Shown piece by piece: positions 27,291 to 47,014 of a stretch of 64,000 bases of DNA. The notes beneath the pieces were generated by a model. It did not search any database, was not told the DNA's origin, and was given only the letters and a program-made list of their open reading frames with translations. Position numbers and translations under genes: made by a program. The DNA comes from Chrysomallon squamiferum (Eukaryota; Animalia; Mollusca): positions 372,001 to 436,000 of the forward strand of contig CM022670.1 of the NCBI GenBank assembly GCA_012295275.1. The letters run 5' to 3'. How positions within the stretch are numbered: the first letter of the stretch is position 1; every line of letters begins with the position of its first letter.

Positions 27291-30200
27291 GGATGAGAGA
27301 CTATGTGTTTATGAGTTATGTAAGAATGTTTGAAATTTAATTAAACATTAATTCACTGTTTAAGATGATGCTGTGTGCTGTGTTCTTCATCCCTTCCCTG
27401 CTCAGTTAGAAAACCAGATGACTCTAAAAGAAGGGGACATAATCAAGGTGCTGGAAAAAGAAGAAAACGGCTGGTGGCGAGGAGAGAACCAGGCTGGTGA
27501 ATCGGGCTGGTTTCCAGGAAGTTATGTGGAAGCTGTTAAATATGGTTAGCTCACATTAATCTTTTTAGAATAATTTACATTTAGGAGCTTGGTCTTAAGA
27601 AAAGCTTTTAAGAGCTTTGAAGTTTAATATATAATAAAAAACTACATTTATTTATTTATTTATTTATTTATTTATTTCAGTTGCAAAACTTGAAGAAGAG
27701 AAAAAGAAGAAATCAAGAGTTAGTTCATTCCTGTTGAAGAAAAGGGACTGGAATCCTCAAAAAGGACCAAATCCAGATGACCCTGACATTCATGATAAGA
27801 ACCATTCTTCAGAGGAAACAAAGATCGTTGCCAAACAACAAGGGAATGAAAATGAACATGGTAATAAACAATTTTTCATAAATAGGTCTTGGTTGGATTG
27901 TCTGCAGCCTTTTTCCTTAAATTAGATCAATCCATGTGATCAGAGAAAGTAAATTAAATACATCTGTAGTATCTAATTAGGGATCTGTGTGTTTCTATCT
28001 GTACAAGAATGTTTTTATCTCTGTAAAAATAAGAATAAAAATAAAAATAAGATATTATCCATAATGTTTGATCATTATTTAAAACTTAATCAAATGTACT
28101 TGTTCATTATTCCAAATTCTTTAAATTTTGTTGTTGTTATTGCAGAAAAGAGATATTATGCAGTGTTTTCCTACACAGCCATTAGACCAGGGGAGATAAC
28201 TCTAATCGAGGGAGAGGCTGTGATTGGCTATGAGAGAGACCGCAATGGCTGGATGAGAGGAAAGAGGGTGGCTACAAGTGAGGAGGGCTGGTTTCCTGCT
28301 GTTTATGTTGAAGAGGTGAGAGTAAAATTTGACACAAACAAAAAAGTAAGAGGAAATTTCTTTGTGACAATAGAATTATTTGTATAGTGCAATATCCTAT
28401 TTAAATTTTAACTGGTACACAGTATCTATCTTCTGTTTTTCTGTCTGTAATACTGTCCATCCATTCATTTTTTTTCAGTTCATGGTCATCATTTACACAT
28501 ACATTTCTCTGGCTAATGACATTAAAAATTATATGACAACAACATTTCTTTTAAGCTCTATTAAAGTAACCTAAACAATTGTTTTTCAAATAATGTTTGG
28601 TGTATAATGTTGACTTTGACTAAATTATGAATACAACTTGTTATATGTATAAAAATAAATAAATAAATAAATAAATACTACTGTAATAACTGTAGGTACA
28701 AGATGCTGCTTCCATGTCATCTGAAAGTACACTTGATGGTCCTTTGTCATATGACCAGCTGAATCAGAATAAAAAACACCTCTCTAATCAGGACTGGATT
28801 GGACTTGGTAACTATTCATTATGACAGTATTGCTAGTTGCTGAACACTGCTCTTTGAAATACTTGTAGTTGTCATGTTCATCTTATTCTGGAATCCATTA
28901 TTTATCCCAAATTAAACTATGTATACCTTTTTTTCTGAATATTTATAATATTAATATATTTAACAATTTCTCTTTCATTTTATTATATTTTTAACATCTA
29001 TTAATGTTAAACTTTTATTCCCTTATCTCAAATAACAGTATATATATAAGACTACTGACATTGATAACTGAATCACACACAAACACACGCACGCACACAC
29101 AAACAGCATTCAGTGGTTAGAACTGATCACCATGTCTAGTGGTCTTTATTCTAGTGATTTAACAATCCAGAATGTCAGTACATTTAAAACTACTTCTTTT
29201 TTATATTACTCCATAACAATGAACTCTTTGTTTTATTAGTCATACTCAGTGGTAATATAGTTAAGACAACATCTCTTTCATATGACTGTTCTCATCTCCA
29301 TGACAACAAACTCTCTTTTTCTACAGAACACATTGCCTGTTACTCCTATACTGGAGGAACTCAACAAGACCTGACATTTGAAGCTGGAGATAAGATAATA
29401 GTGTATGAGACTCTGGAGAATGGCTGGTGGTTAGGCAGCAAGGGAAAACAAGTTGGCTGGTTGCCTGGATCATATCTACAGGTTTGTAAATTTTTTGATC
29501 TTAATGTAGTAATGGCTTTTTCACTAAATGTCACCATAGTGGTTGCTACTGTCACTAAAGTTACTGTTAAAGTTGTTTTGCCATTGCACTGTATTACTTA
29601 CTTCTACTTCTACTCAAATATCTTGTTCCTGCATGAAACTAAAATGCAAATAAAATGAATTTTAATATCATAATCATTAGTAATTTGATGTAATGAACAT
29701 GTTAGAGTGAACATCCGATTTTACAGTTTTTTTGTTTTTGAAATGTTCAAATCGTCTGTGCACTGTATACTAATAAATTAAAAGATAAATGAACTTACTG
29801 ATATTTATGTTGAAGCTGGTGGACCCCAGTGCTGATGATGAGAATAGATCAGACACATCCAGTGATGACAAGCTGAGCAACTCATCAGAAGATGTCATCA
29901 AGTCAGACTCTGAAATCACCAAACCAAAACCTGGAAGAAAAGCTCCTTGTCCTCCCAAACGTAAAGCTCTGCCCAATTCTTCAAGAACTGCAGATAGATT
30001 ACCTACAACAGACATTCCATCCAAAGATGGGAAATCAGTGAATCATCAGATATCTATCAAACGCTACCAGCCTATTAGGTTTCAGAGACTTTCCTCTGAT
30101 CCTATGAAGCCATTAAGATCTGCACCAGCACCACCAGGAGCTGTTAGTACTGCTTTGAATATGACTAATCCTCATTCTCAAAGTCTGGATCCTAAGGAAA

Positions 30201-32373
30201 ATGAATTAAAGTATAGAAAACCAGAAGCAGAAGACTCCAGTCTCCCAGACTTCAAACCACCATCATCAGAAAACTTTGTGCCTGTGTCTGTATCTTTGTC
30301 TTTTAGAGGAGAGTCTGGTTCTCATGAAAAGCTGCAAATGAAGAAGGCAGATGTTCCCAGACTTTCAAAACCAAAACTTCATGTTCGTAGAAAGTCATCC
30401 CAACTAAGCAGACTTGCAGTTCAGTCCAGACCATCAAGACCTGTACCTCCACGTCCACCACCACGAGTCTTCACAAGTAACAGTGTAAAATATGATAAAA
30501 CAAAGTCATCCAGAGATGCTTCTTCACCCAGCAATCCAAGCTTGCCCAAGACTGGCAGCTTTATCAACAGAGTTGCACTGAATTCTGATAAACCAGCCAA
30601 TACCAGAAGTTCACTTCCTCCAGATATTGTTCTCTCTAGTTCCAACGAGTCTCAACTCACAAGAACATCTCCTTCAGAAACTTTACCCTTACCCCCACCT
30701 CCACTTCCAGAAGAATTGGAATCCTTATCACAATCTCCATCTCCTGAAGGATCAACAAATGTTCCAAAAGAACCTTCATTCAGATCAAGAAAAGTGATAA
30801 AAGTTCCTCCTCCTGTGATTCCTCAGACTGAGATTCTAAACATTAATAAGCAAAGTGTGGACAGTTCTGGTTCACTTGACAGAGTTAAAGCAACAAGTTC
30901 CAAAGAGGATAAGAACTTAAAGAATGAGAATGTATCACAACAAAACAGCCCTGTAAAAGAAAATAAAGAAAACCTTCATGTTAGGGAGACTGAATCCAGT
31001 ATTTCTAGTGGCCATATTTTTTCTGGTGACTTGAATTCTACAGATATCAGTTCAGTGTCACACAAAGAGGATTTTAATGTGGGAAGTGTTGAGAATTTAG
31101 AAAACCAAGCTGATGAGAGTGGAGTGATAAATAAACACAAGTTTAAAGTGCCAACAATAAAACCACCACCACCTAAATCACCTCCACCTAAAGTACAGAG
31201 AATGGTGAAAAATGTCGAAAATACAGACAAGTAAGTTTAAAACATTATATTTACTATGACTGAGAAAAAAGATTTTAATTTTCAATTAGTTAGAAAAGTA
31301 TTACAGCTGCCTTCACAATTAAAAAAAAAAAAAAAAAAAAAAAAAATAAATATATAAAAAAATATAATGAAGTTGTCAGTAATAATAATTAAAAAAAAAA
31401 AAAAACATTTACTAAGATATAAAATATAAAATTTATACATTTCTATTGTGAGACTGGAATTTAATAATATAAACTGAATAAAAATGTTATGAATTTTTTT
31501 TAATGATTTATATTTCAAATAAGTTAAAAAGGCAAAATATTTAAATAACCTTTGTCTCTGATGCTAACTCCAGTTTGTTTAGAAATGTAAATATCTAATA
31601 AATCAATCAGCTTAAAAAATTATTACCAGATTGATTAATTACAGCTTCATAAATATTTACACACTGCAAATAACTAATACAACTTTCAGAAACAAGAAAA
31701 CTTTATGGCAAGCAAAAAGAAAGTATGTAGCAACTACTAAAGGCGAACTCTCCTTTGAAGAAGGAAGTTTTATTAAAGAACTAAGAAAGGTAATTCCATG
31801 TCAAAATGTTGAGTTATTAGCTTTGATATTCATTCTGTTTTTAATTATCACATTCATTATATTTAGACTTCAGTATATTTCTTTTGACTTAGTTGTAAAT
31901 TATATGTGAATTTGTTTTTCTATCTGTATTAAATCTGTTTCAGAATTTAATAAGTTAATCAAAACCAAATTTTGCTATTAATATTGAACTGAATAAGAGA
32001 AAGTTTAGAAAAAAAGCTGTATTTTCAGTTGATCAAAAGTATTGTCCTAATAATTAAATATAATATAGTTCTTTAATAATATAAATAAAAATGGTAAATA
32101 AAATAAAACAAAATAAATAAATAAAGGGGGAAAAAGAATAAATAAATAAACAAAACAAACAAAAAATATATCATGATAGAGCACCAAATATCTTTTATGC
32201 TTTAATATAAGCTATTTTTTCACAAACCTGACTAACAGGTAACAGCATTGTTTTGTTTTCAGACAATAGACAAGCCTGGTTGGTATGTGGGGATGTTAGC
32301 TGATGGCACCACTGGTCTGTATCACAAGTCATACGTGGAAGAGTCTGCTGTGAAAGAAGTGTCACATATTTAA
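23706..32373 (+). CDS. Predicted single-pass membrane protein with Ser/Thr-rich ectodomain and four cytoplasmic SH3 domains (~1153 aa). Exons 23706-24510, 25439-25548, 26874-26997, 27365-27544, 27681-27860, 28146-28315, 28696-28807, 29327-29481, 29816-31230, 31690-31789, 32263-32373.
   Basis: All ten introns are GT-AG and phases match (1,0,1,1,1,0,1,0,2,0), giving a stop-free 3462-nt ORF. TM: MYIIIPVCLVVLFMLVILVVMC followed by basic HRWRTQVKK. SH3-1: VLHPFPAQLENQMTLKEGDIIKVLEKEENGWWRG...GWFPGSYV. SH3-2: AVFSYTA..GEITLIEGE..GWMRG..GWFPAVYV. SH3-3: ACYSYTG..DLTFEAGD..GWWLG..GWLPGSYL. SH3-4: AKRKYVA..GELSFEEG..GWYVG..GLYHKSYV. The true start codon is uncertain. Confidence 0.85.
24585..24780 (+). 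mobile_element. Degenerate tRNA-derived SINE-like fragment (intronic)
   Basis: A-box-like gtggctcatttg, B-box-like ggatcagtcc, and body tgatatgtgtattcctgtctgtttgaagatgtgtatcaaagattc resembling, from memory, molluscan SINE cores. Not verified by search. Confidence 0.45.
25135..25365 (+). mobile_element. Second degenerate SINE-like fragment of a similar family
   Basis: ggatcagttc ... gttatgtgttttactgtctatagggaggtgcaata ... aagagtaactc ... ttccctct ... gtgttgtcaagcaaatattattcatt; aligns loosely to the 24585-24780 fragment. Confidence 0.4.
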
Positions 32374-32495
32374 ATAGGATTTACACGTCACAAATCTTAG
32401 TTGCTGCTGGTCATATCAGTCAATTTACCATATCAAATGTTAGATCACAACATATTAATAATTAGCAGAGTCAAGTTAAAATATGTCACTGGACT

Positions 32496-32840
32496 TCATC
32501 ATCATCATTATCATCATTCAGCCATAGTGTCCCATTTTATTTGAAATCCTCGGCATGTTGTTTCCACTTCTTCCTGTCTTGCACTAACCTCTCTAACCTT
32601 TCCAACACTCATCAAATGTATCCCTCCATTGTCTCACTACTGATGTGTCTAGCCCAGGTCCACTTGTCTTTTGATCTGTTCAGTCACATCTGTGACCTTT
32701 GTTTTCTTTCTAACCCAGATGTTTTGCTTTTTTGTGTCTTGATATGTTATGTTTGACATTTAGTTTAATTTTTGACTTTTTAATTAGTGGCCATGTTTCC
32801 ATGCTGTATGTTATTGCTGAAAGTACATGAGTTATTACCC
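32496..32840 (-). mobile_element. Truncated, decayed RTE-clade LINE 3' end with (ATG)n tail, antisense and just downstream of the SH3-gene stop
   Basis: The minus strand reads, across frameshifts, ..VLSAITYSMETWPL.., NIWVRKKTKVTDVTEQIKR-KWTWARHIS and RLVQDRKKWKQHAEDF, resembling the RTE RT C-terminus. A TGATGATAATGATGATGATGA tail follows (plus strand tcatcatcat at 32496-32520). Confidence 0.75.
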
Positions 32841-33934
32841 TGGACTTAGGTCACAGTATATAATTTTCTAGCAGAAAATGTCACTAGTTTCTGATTAAGA
32901 AATCCTCAGTTGGTGACTGTAGATGTGAGAATCTAAAGTAAACTAATTTCACATGACAGGTGACATCTGCTCATGTCAAAATAGGTCACCAGTCTTAGAT
33001 CAGTGAACTGCAGTAATCAAGTGGTCTGTGAGTCAAAACTGTTTTCATCACAATATCACAACTTATTAAGCTTTTATCTCTCATCATAACTGTTCATGCA
33101 AACCAAACTTTAATCATCACTTTATAGAGAAATGTAGCAGCCTGTTTAAAATTTATTTTATGCTGTTTACAGAATGTTGATTTTGTATCAAACAAACAAC
33201 AGATTTTCTTAAAATAACAAATGTCAGTTAATAACACATTGTAGACAGCAGTATCGACAGATTGGAAGATAAAACTTTAAAAAAAAATTAGATTTCTCAA
33301 CATACAACAGATTTTGTACAGCTCTTTATGTTACCATTAATCTCTTGTATTTTTTGTCCTGGGATGTCTTAAATATTCATTCATTCATTCAGTCTCTTGT
33401 AAAACAAATGTTTTTTTAAATTACAGTGATCTAAAACAAATTATTGTAATTCAAGCATTTGAAAGATGTGATTTATTGTATAGCAATACTCATTTTTTAC
33501 ATTTCAAATTCTGTGTCACAGATCATTGTGCATCACAAAATCTTGTTTTTAATCATATCATTAGTTTGAGAATTTATGTGGCTATAAATTATTTTAAACA
33601 ATCAGGTTTAAAATGTCATAACTCAGTGCATATTACAACATATAAACTATGGCAGAATGTCAAGAAAAAAATAATCTCAGCAATATCATTTGTTGCATGA
33701 AATATAAAAAACTGTTTAATTAAAAGCATATCTTATAAGATATTTATAAATTAACTAAAATAAAATAAAAATATCAGTATATGGTTATAAAAGATCAAAT
33801 GTGACTTTGTATTAATTAATAAGTTGAGTGTTTAAGTGTATTTTATTTCTAATTACAAAAATTAATGGCTGGTATCTATTTCTGTACATAAATATTAAAA
33901 TTCACAAAGTGAACATTTATACAAGATAAACATA

Positions 33935-33980
<46 letters not shown>

Positions 33981-35237
33981 TACATTAAGAAAAATGGGAG
34001 GTATATGTTATTTTTCTAAAGTCAAACTTTTAATTGCTATACATATTTATACAGCTAAGTTTTACATGTATGTAAATATTTTAAATTACACATTAATGAA
34101 TTCAGTTTAATCAAATTTTGTATTGACTCTCCAAACTGTTATTCTTTACATGATTGTGTAATAAGAAAAATATTTGTTGAAAAACTTTTTTGTTTTTATT
34201 ATGTTTTCAAAACCATATTGAAGTGACCATTACATATAAATAAAACAACAAATATGTAATGAACTAGTAGTTAAATCATTCTATTTTCTAAAATATTTTT
34301 TTTTTTTTTTTTTTTTTTACGAAATAACAAAAACTAAATACACACTACTAGTATATTCCTTTTTTTTTTTTTTAATAAACTGCATTATATTTACATATAA
34401 GAGTCTGTATTTTCAAAATCAAAACATACTGAAACAAATATTAATATCCGTTGCTATGCACAAAAAAGATGTTTTTAAAAACTTATTTTTAATATTATTC
34501 CATCCATCTCTTCTTGGCAGTAAAAACATTTTATTTATTACTAAATGATATTATTCAGATAAAGAACACTAAATACATTTCTAAAATTATGTAAAGTTTA
34601 TCACAAAAAAATAAATAAACTGTCTCAAAAGTGTGAAAGAGTTACAGCTGTTAGAATGCTGCATTTCTATAATTTCTAAGTAATGTGAAATAGAAAATTC
34701 TGTACAAAAATTAATAAAGTATTCAGAATATTTTCAAAAAGTTAAACAGTTTATACAAGAGATAAATACTGAGTGAAATCATCACATTGAAAATAATTTT
34801 TTGTGATCTGTGTAAGGACATTCAATGCTCTAGACAAAAGTTTATAATCAATTTGTCTGACTTTTGCAAGTTAATGTAAGAACTGTTTGTTATTTTATGA
34901 TTTCTGTTAAGACCATTTTGAAAAGTCTATTTTACTGAAGTTTCCATTGGTCCCAAGATAATGTATTCTGTGCCAATTTCAAGTTTGACTTGTAGACAGC
35001 AATAACTAAAGTTTTGTAAGTTTTGATGTTATATAATACAGATCTTTTAGTTTTGAAGTTTATATCTAATGAAACAACATGTACACAATAATTTTGTCTA
35101 CTTTCAATCATTCAGCTGAATAGAGCCTTAAACAAAAATCAGTGAGTGGCTAAATGTCGTATTTTCAGGAGAAATGTCTAGTTCTGCAGGAACTGGACAA
35201 AACCAGTTGAAATAAAAATCTAATCTGTCCATTCACG

Positions 35238-41736
<6,499 letters not shown>

Positions 41737-41830
41737 TTGCACGTGTTTCTGTTTTGGGGTTTGTCCCAAAAAGCAATTCCGGTAAAGGGAAATAACTCAT
41801 CTTTTTTTGGACTGGTTTTCTTCGTTAACT
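41737..41830 (-). promoter_or_regulatory. AGK proximal promoter / short 5' UTR
   Basis: CpG-retaining region immediately upstream of the ATG, with E-box CACGTG (41740-41745), ETS-like TTCCGG (41777-41782) and AAAGGGAAATAACTC (41784-41798). Confidence 0.55.
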
Positions 41831-43783
41831 TTCGATGACAGAAATAGAGGACAAGAATAATTATTTATTATAAAGAGAATGCTATTTCAAATTATAAGCT
41901 GTGATTTTAGAACATCTTATTTCGGAACTATATTATTACAACAATAAAATAGATATGTACCAGTTTTCAGGTGCATCGTTTATTATACGTAGTTAACTAT
42001 TAAATTTTATTTGTTGGCTAGTTTACTGAAGAGAATGTGTTTCAAATTTTAATTTTAATGTCTGCTATTTCATTAAAAAATATTATTTTTCCGTCAGTAT
42101 TTATTTATTTATTTTAAATTCGGTTATTACGATTAAACGCATAAACTCATTCACTCCCACAAAATGGACCTTATTATGCTAAAGTGCGTTAAGTTTAACA
42201 TTTATTTACGTTTATCACTGACCTAATTTTTTTTCGATTTTACTTCAAACAGTCAACTTGTTTATTGTTTTGTGTATGCGACCAAAGACATAAACGATAA
42301 ACTAGAATTTCTGTATACAGCAGTAAATGTATGTCGCGTTTATTTGATTTATATGTCACGTAGATAAAAATAATATGATACTGACTTGGTTGTCAAAAAT
42401 AATGATTGTACTATATTATCATCGGTTGTCCCCCTTCTTCCGAATCGAGAAATGTTTAGTGATCTGTTTCAGTCGATAGATACTTTCGTGTGCCAGAAAA
42501 ACACCAACAAAGAAACAACGACAACCAAAAAATCACAAAATAAAAACAAACAACAACAACCAAAAAAAAAAAAAAAACAACAATAAAAAACAATATATAT
42601 ATATATCGACTGTTTTAAACTAATACTAATGTTTTTTTTTTTTTTTTTTAATTTATAAAGTATTTAAATAATAAAGATCTGATTTAAAATGATAAAATTA
42701 TTTGTTGTTTTTAATAACAGTATTATTTATCTTAACTTTTGAAATATCAAAACTCGTGTTATTGATTGAAATTTTGGGAGTATTTTCTAAGTGATGATGA
42801 TAATGATGATAATAATAAATAAAATTTGCCGAAAGAGCAGCTTTATTTCTTCTTCTTCTTCTTTTTTTTAATCACTCAAATCAGGACAAAACATCATGCT
42901 GACTTATTTGTCAAACGAACAGATAGCTACATCGGTAATTCGATACGGTATCGTTCCCATAGACATTTGTTCAGTCTGGAGATAATGGCTTATTGCACTT
43001 AGTATTCCAGTGTTTACCACGGTTACCACGGCAACTGCAATTTTCAATCGAGTATCGGTGACGATTTGCTGCGTAGTCCATCGCTAATTACCGCTATGAG
43101 GAAAACTCTGGAGAAAGATGAAAGATCCTATATCATGTGTGAGGCCCTTTTGTCAGCAGTGCTGCATTATCTTTGCAGCAAATCGGGCAGCTCTGTTTAA
43201 ATTAAAATCTTTTCCTGAAAGACGCGGCACACATCTTTCACCCCCCCTCCTGCTCTTTCGTTAAGGCTGGTTTTAATTTTTTCTTCTTCTCGCAAGGACT
43301 GGTTTGAAACCAGAACAACAAAAAATGTAGTTTCGCAGACGATCGTAGCGCTGAAGTCAGGTCTTGCAATCGAATCGATGACTTCGTTTGAACAGTTATA
43401 TATTATATTATCCTAATATCAAACACGAGCTCAAGTAAGTGGATCTTTGGCAAGAGATACTGCCTTAAGTTTTTTTTTTTTTTTTTTTTTTTTTTATTAC
43501 TGGAAAACATTACCGCCATGGTACTTTTAGTTTAATTGAATATTCACGAAAACGGGACATATTACATGTTAGGAAAAAGACATATTAGAAAGAAATATTT
43601 AAAAAACCCACCCCAAAACCCATCAAAAACAACAACAAACAATACTGGCGGCGTTGACGCTAGATTTTATCACCCATTTTACTTGAGAAAAGTGGATATC
43701 CATTATTTTTGATACAAGTTTTAAATGAAAAAGATAAATATTATAGTTTCTTTATCTGTATCTGTATCTTTCTCATTTACAAA

Positions 43784-43830
<47 letters not shown>

Positions 43831-44273
43831 GTGTACGTAGATGTGTGCGTGCGTCTGCGTGTATTAAGTGGTGAGATGGATTGTTTTCATTAGGAATTGT
43901 GGACAGTAGCCTTATTTGATACCTTGAAGCTACACTTCCTCAAATCTGTCAGTTTGTCTGTCTGTGTTTCATTCCACTCTACCCATCTCCTTCTGTCTTC
44001 CTTCTCTTTCCCCCTCTATAAATCAGTAGATCATGTACTGTGACCTTAACAACAAATATAGATTGAACTAATTATTAATCTGCAGATATATTATTTTTAG
44101 AGACTACCATACAGCGAATAGCAAGTAATAAATCTAACATCAATTTCTTAGAATCTACGTTTTATCCTGATGTCAATTTATGCGACAACTTCGACCGAGT
44201 TTATTCCAAAACTTCCTGGTGTACTTTTCTGAAAGCTAAAAATGGAAATTTGTAATGAAAGTAATAAAGTAAG

Positions 44274-44391
<118 letters not shown>

Positions 44392-45783
44392 AAGTATGCT
44401 TGTTATTCAAAAAGATGTTCATTATAGTAAGGGGACTTAATATTAAATACTTTTAAGTTTATGTAGCTTTTACGTAACAACACAGCAGGATAACCCGGTT
44501 ATATTTCACTGGGAGAAAAAATATAAATATAAAACAATAATTCCTTGAAAACTGTAATGCACATCCCTGCTTCCGAAACATAGTTCTTTTAATTTCAGAA
44601 AAAAAAAGAAAAAAAAAAAAAAAAAAATAGAAAAGTCAGCTTTGAAAGGGGAATAATTATCTCCCTCTGTCTGTTTGGAGGAGTGTTTTAAGACCCTGTT
44701 AACTATAAATGAGAACGACTGAAAGAGAGAGAGACAGACAAGGAGCGAGACAGAAGAAATAAAGCAGACATTTAAACAAATTAAAATTAAATATGTATTT
44801 ATTTTGTATCCAAATATATTTTGTGTGTGTGTATATATATGTATAGTCTTATACGAATTACTATTTTCCCTTTTTGAACATAGTGACGTAATACTTTGAT
44901 CCGTTACCAAGGTAAACATGTTAGTTAATGTCAAGTATTACGTAGGCAGATATTAAAAATGATACGTATGTTTATAGCCTGGGGCGTTTTATTATTATTA
45001 TTACTACCAGTACATAATGATATCATTCTTATTATTTTTATTTATTTTTTTATTTTTATTTTAATTTTTTTTTTAAAGAAACGCCATACTCACGTTTATA
45101 AGAGATCTTTTGAGTATTTTTATTTATTTTTTATTTCTATTTTTTAAATAAAAAGGATAAAAAAGATAATGCCCAATTACGTTCTTGTTGCCATGGTTTC
45201 CATATCGTACTTACACAGTAGGTATGAAACAGAGGCTGGGTCGTGCCAGATGATATTACTTCATTCAATCAGGCTTGCGTTACATTTCTATCGATTACAC
45301 ATGATCAATAGGTAACAGTAGTCGCCTATTAGTGAACACAGTCACTAATTATTTCAGTTATTTGAATTCTGTTAATATTTCTCAGTTTACTGCTTTGTGG
45401 TGGGCGAATTTGCGACGTGTTAAAAGCACGAAGAAACTCAAGGACGATAATTTCTTAATGTGGAGTTCTCATAAAGCTTAAATATTATACTTTGTAAACA
45501 ATAAATGTAATTATAATTTATTTTATAACTCTTGTTTGTTTTCTCTTTCCATCTATATTCGTCACTTTTAAATTTTACTTTTTCTTCATTGTTTTTCTTC
45601 TTTTTCTTTTTTTTTTCTTCTCAAATTATGGCCTATTAATTTGTTCTGTCTTACCTCCTTCCCTCACCTCAATTCATGTCCTTCAGCCTTTATCACTGAA
45701 AATCTTTGTTTTTTCTCTCTTTCAAAGAACCATCGAACCAAAAAATAATTTCAGTTTAATGATTAGTTAGTGGCATGACGTGC

Positions 45784-45785
<2 letters not shown>

Positions 45786-45837
<52 letters not shown>

Positions 45838-46112
45838 ATAATTGATATTATTGTTATTGATATTATTATTATTATTATTATTACTATTATTATTATTATT
45901 GATATTATTATTATTATTATTATTATTGATATTATTATTATTATTATTGTTATTATTATTATTACTATTATTGTTATTGATATTATTATTATTGATATTA
46001 TTACTATTACTATTCTTATTATTGATATTATTATTATTATTATTATTATTACAATTATTATTATTATTATTATTGATATTACTATTATGATGATGATGAC
46101 TGTTGTTATTAT
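45786..46112. repeat. Long interrupted (ATT)n microsatellite
   Basis: Directly visible; generates the poly-I/N/L ORFs in the track. Confidence 0.95.
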
Positions 46113-47014
46113 TATAAAAATATACAAAAATATAATTATGATATAATAGACAACGATTTGTTTTTGTTTGCGTAGTTAAAAAAAAACACACAAAAAAAAA
46201 CAAAAAAACAACAACAACAACAATATTATATATAGTAAACAATATTTTACGCTCAGTCGATTTCCACGTTCTTAATTATCGATTTCCAGTACATATAATG
46301 TCAAGAAGAACTTTTAAATTATTCTAAAAACGTCAAAAAACCCAACAACAACAAAAAAACGACAACAAACGAAAACAAACACAAAAGACAAACTGAATAT
46401 AAATGGTAATCAAGTAATGTAAGGTTATTCACCTTATGAAATCGATATTGTAATATAGCATTACGAGTTTGTTTATATACACGTAAAAACCTATAAGAGT
46501 GAGCGTGAACAAACATTTAAACGATCCCATGTGTCTACCAAATACTTGGATGACAGTGGATCGTTTCTTGTAGATTTTATATTAAAAAATAAATTGCAAC
46601 ACATCCGGCATACAAGAAATATCATCAGTCTTTCTTTGATTTATTCATTGATAAAGGTTTAATTCGTTCATTTGTTCATCCATTCATTTATTCATTCCTT
46701 TTTTCATTCGTTCATTCGTTCGTCATTTCTTCATTTGTTAATCAGTTAATTAACACAATCGTTTTATTCATCGATTTACTCATCCGTTCATTCATTTAGT
46801 TCGTTCTTTCGCTTGCTAATCAATTAAGACATTGTTTCATTGTTTAATTCACTCATTCGTTCGTTCATTTATTCTCTGCATCCTTTTTCCAATGCAAAAG
46901 GTCATTGTCATGTCCAGTGTTAATTACGCTGTAGCAGCTGTTTAGCTTTCAAGTTTATCCCAAACACTAATTACATTTCTAACGGTATGAATATTTCAGC
47001 TGAATATTTGATAA

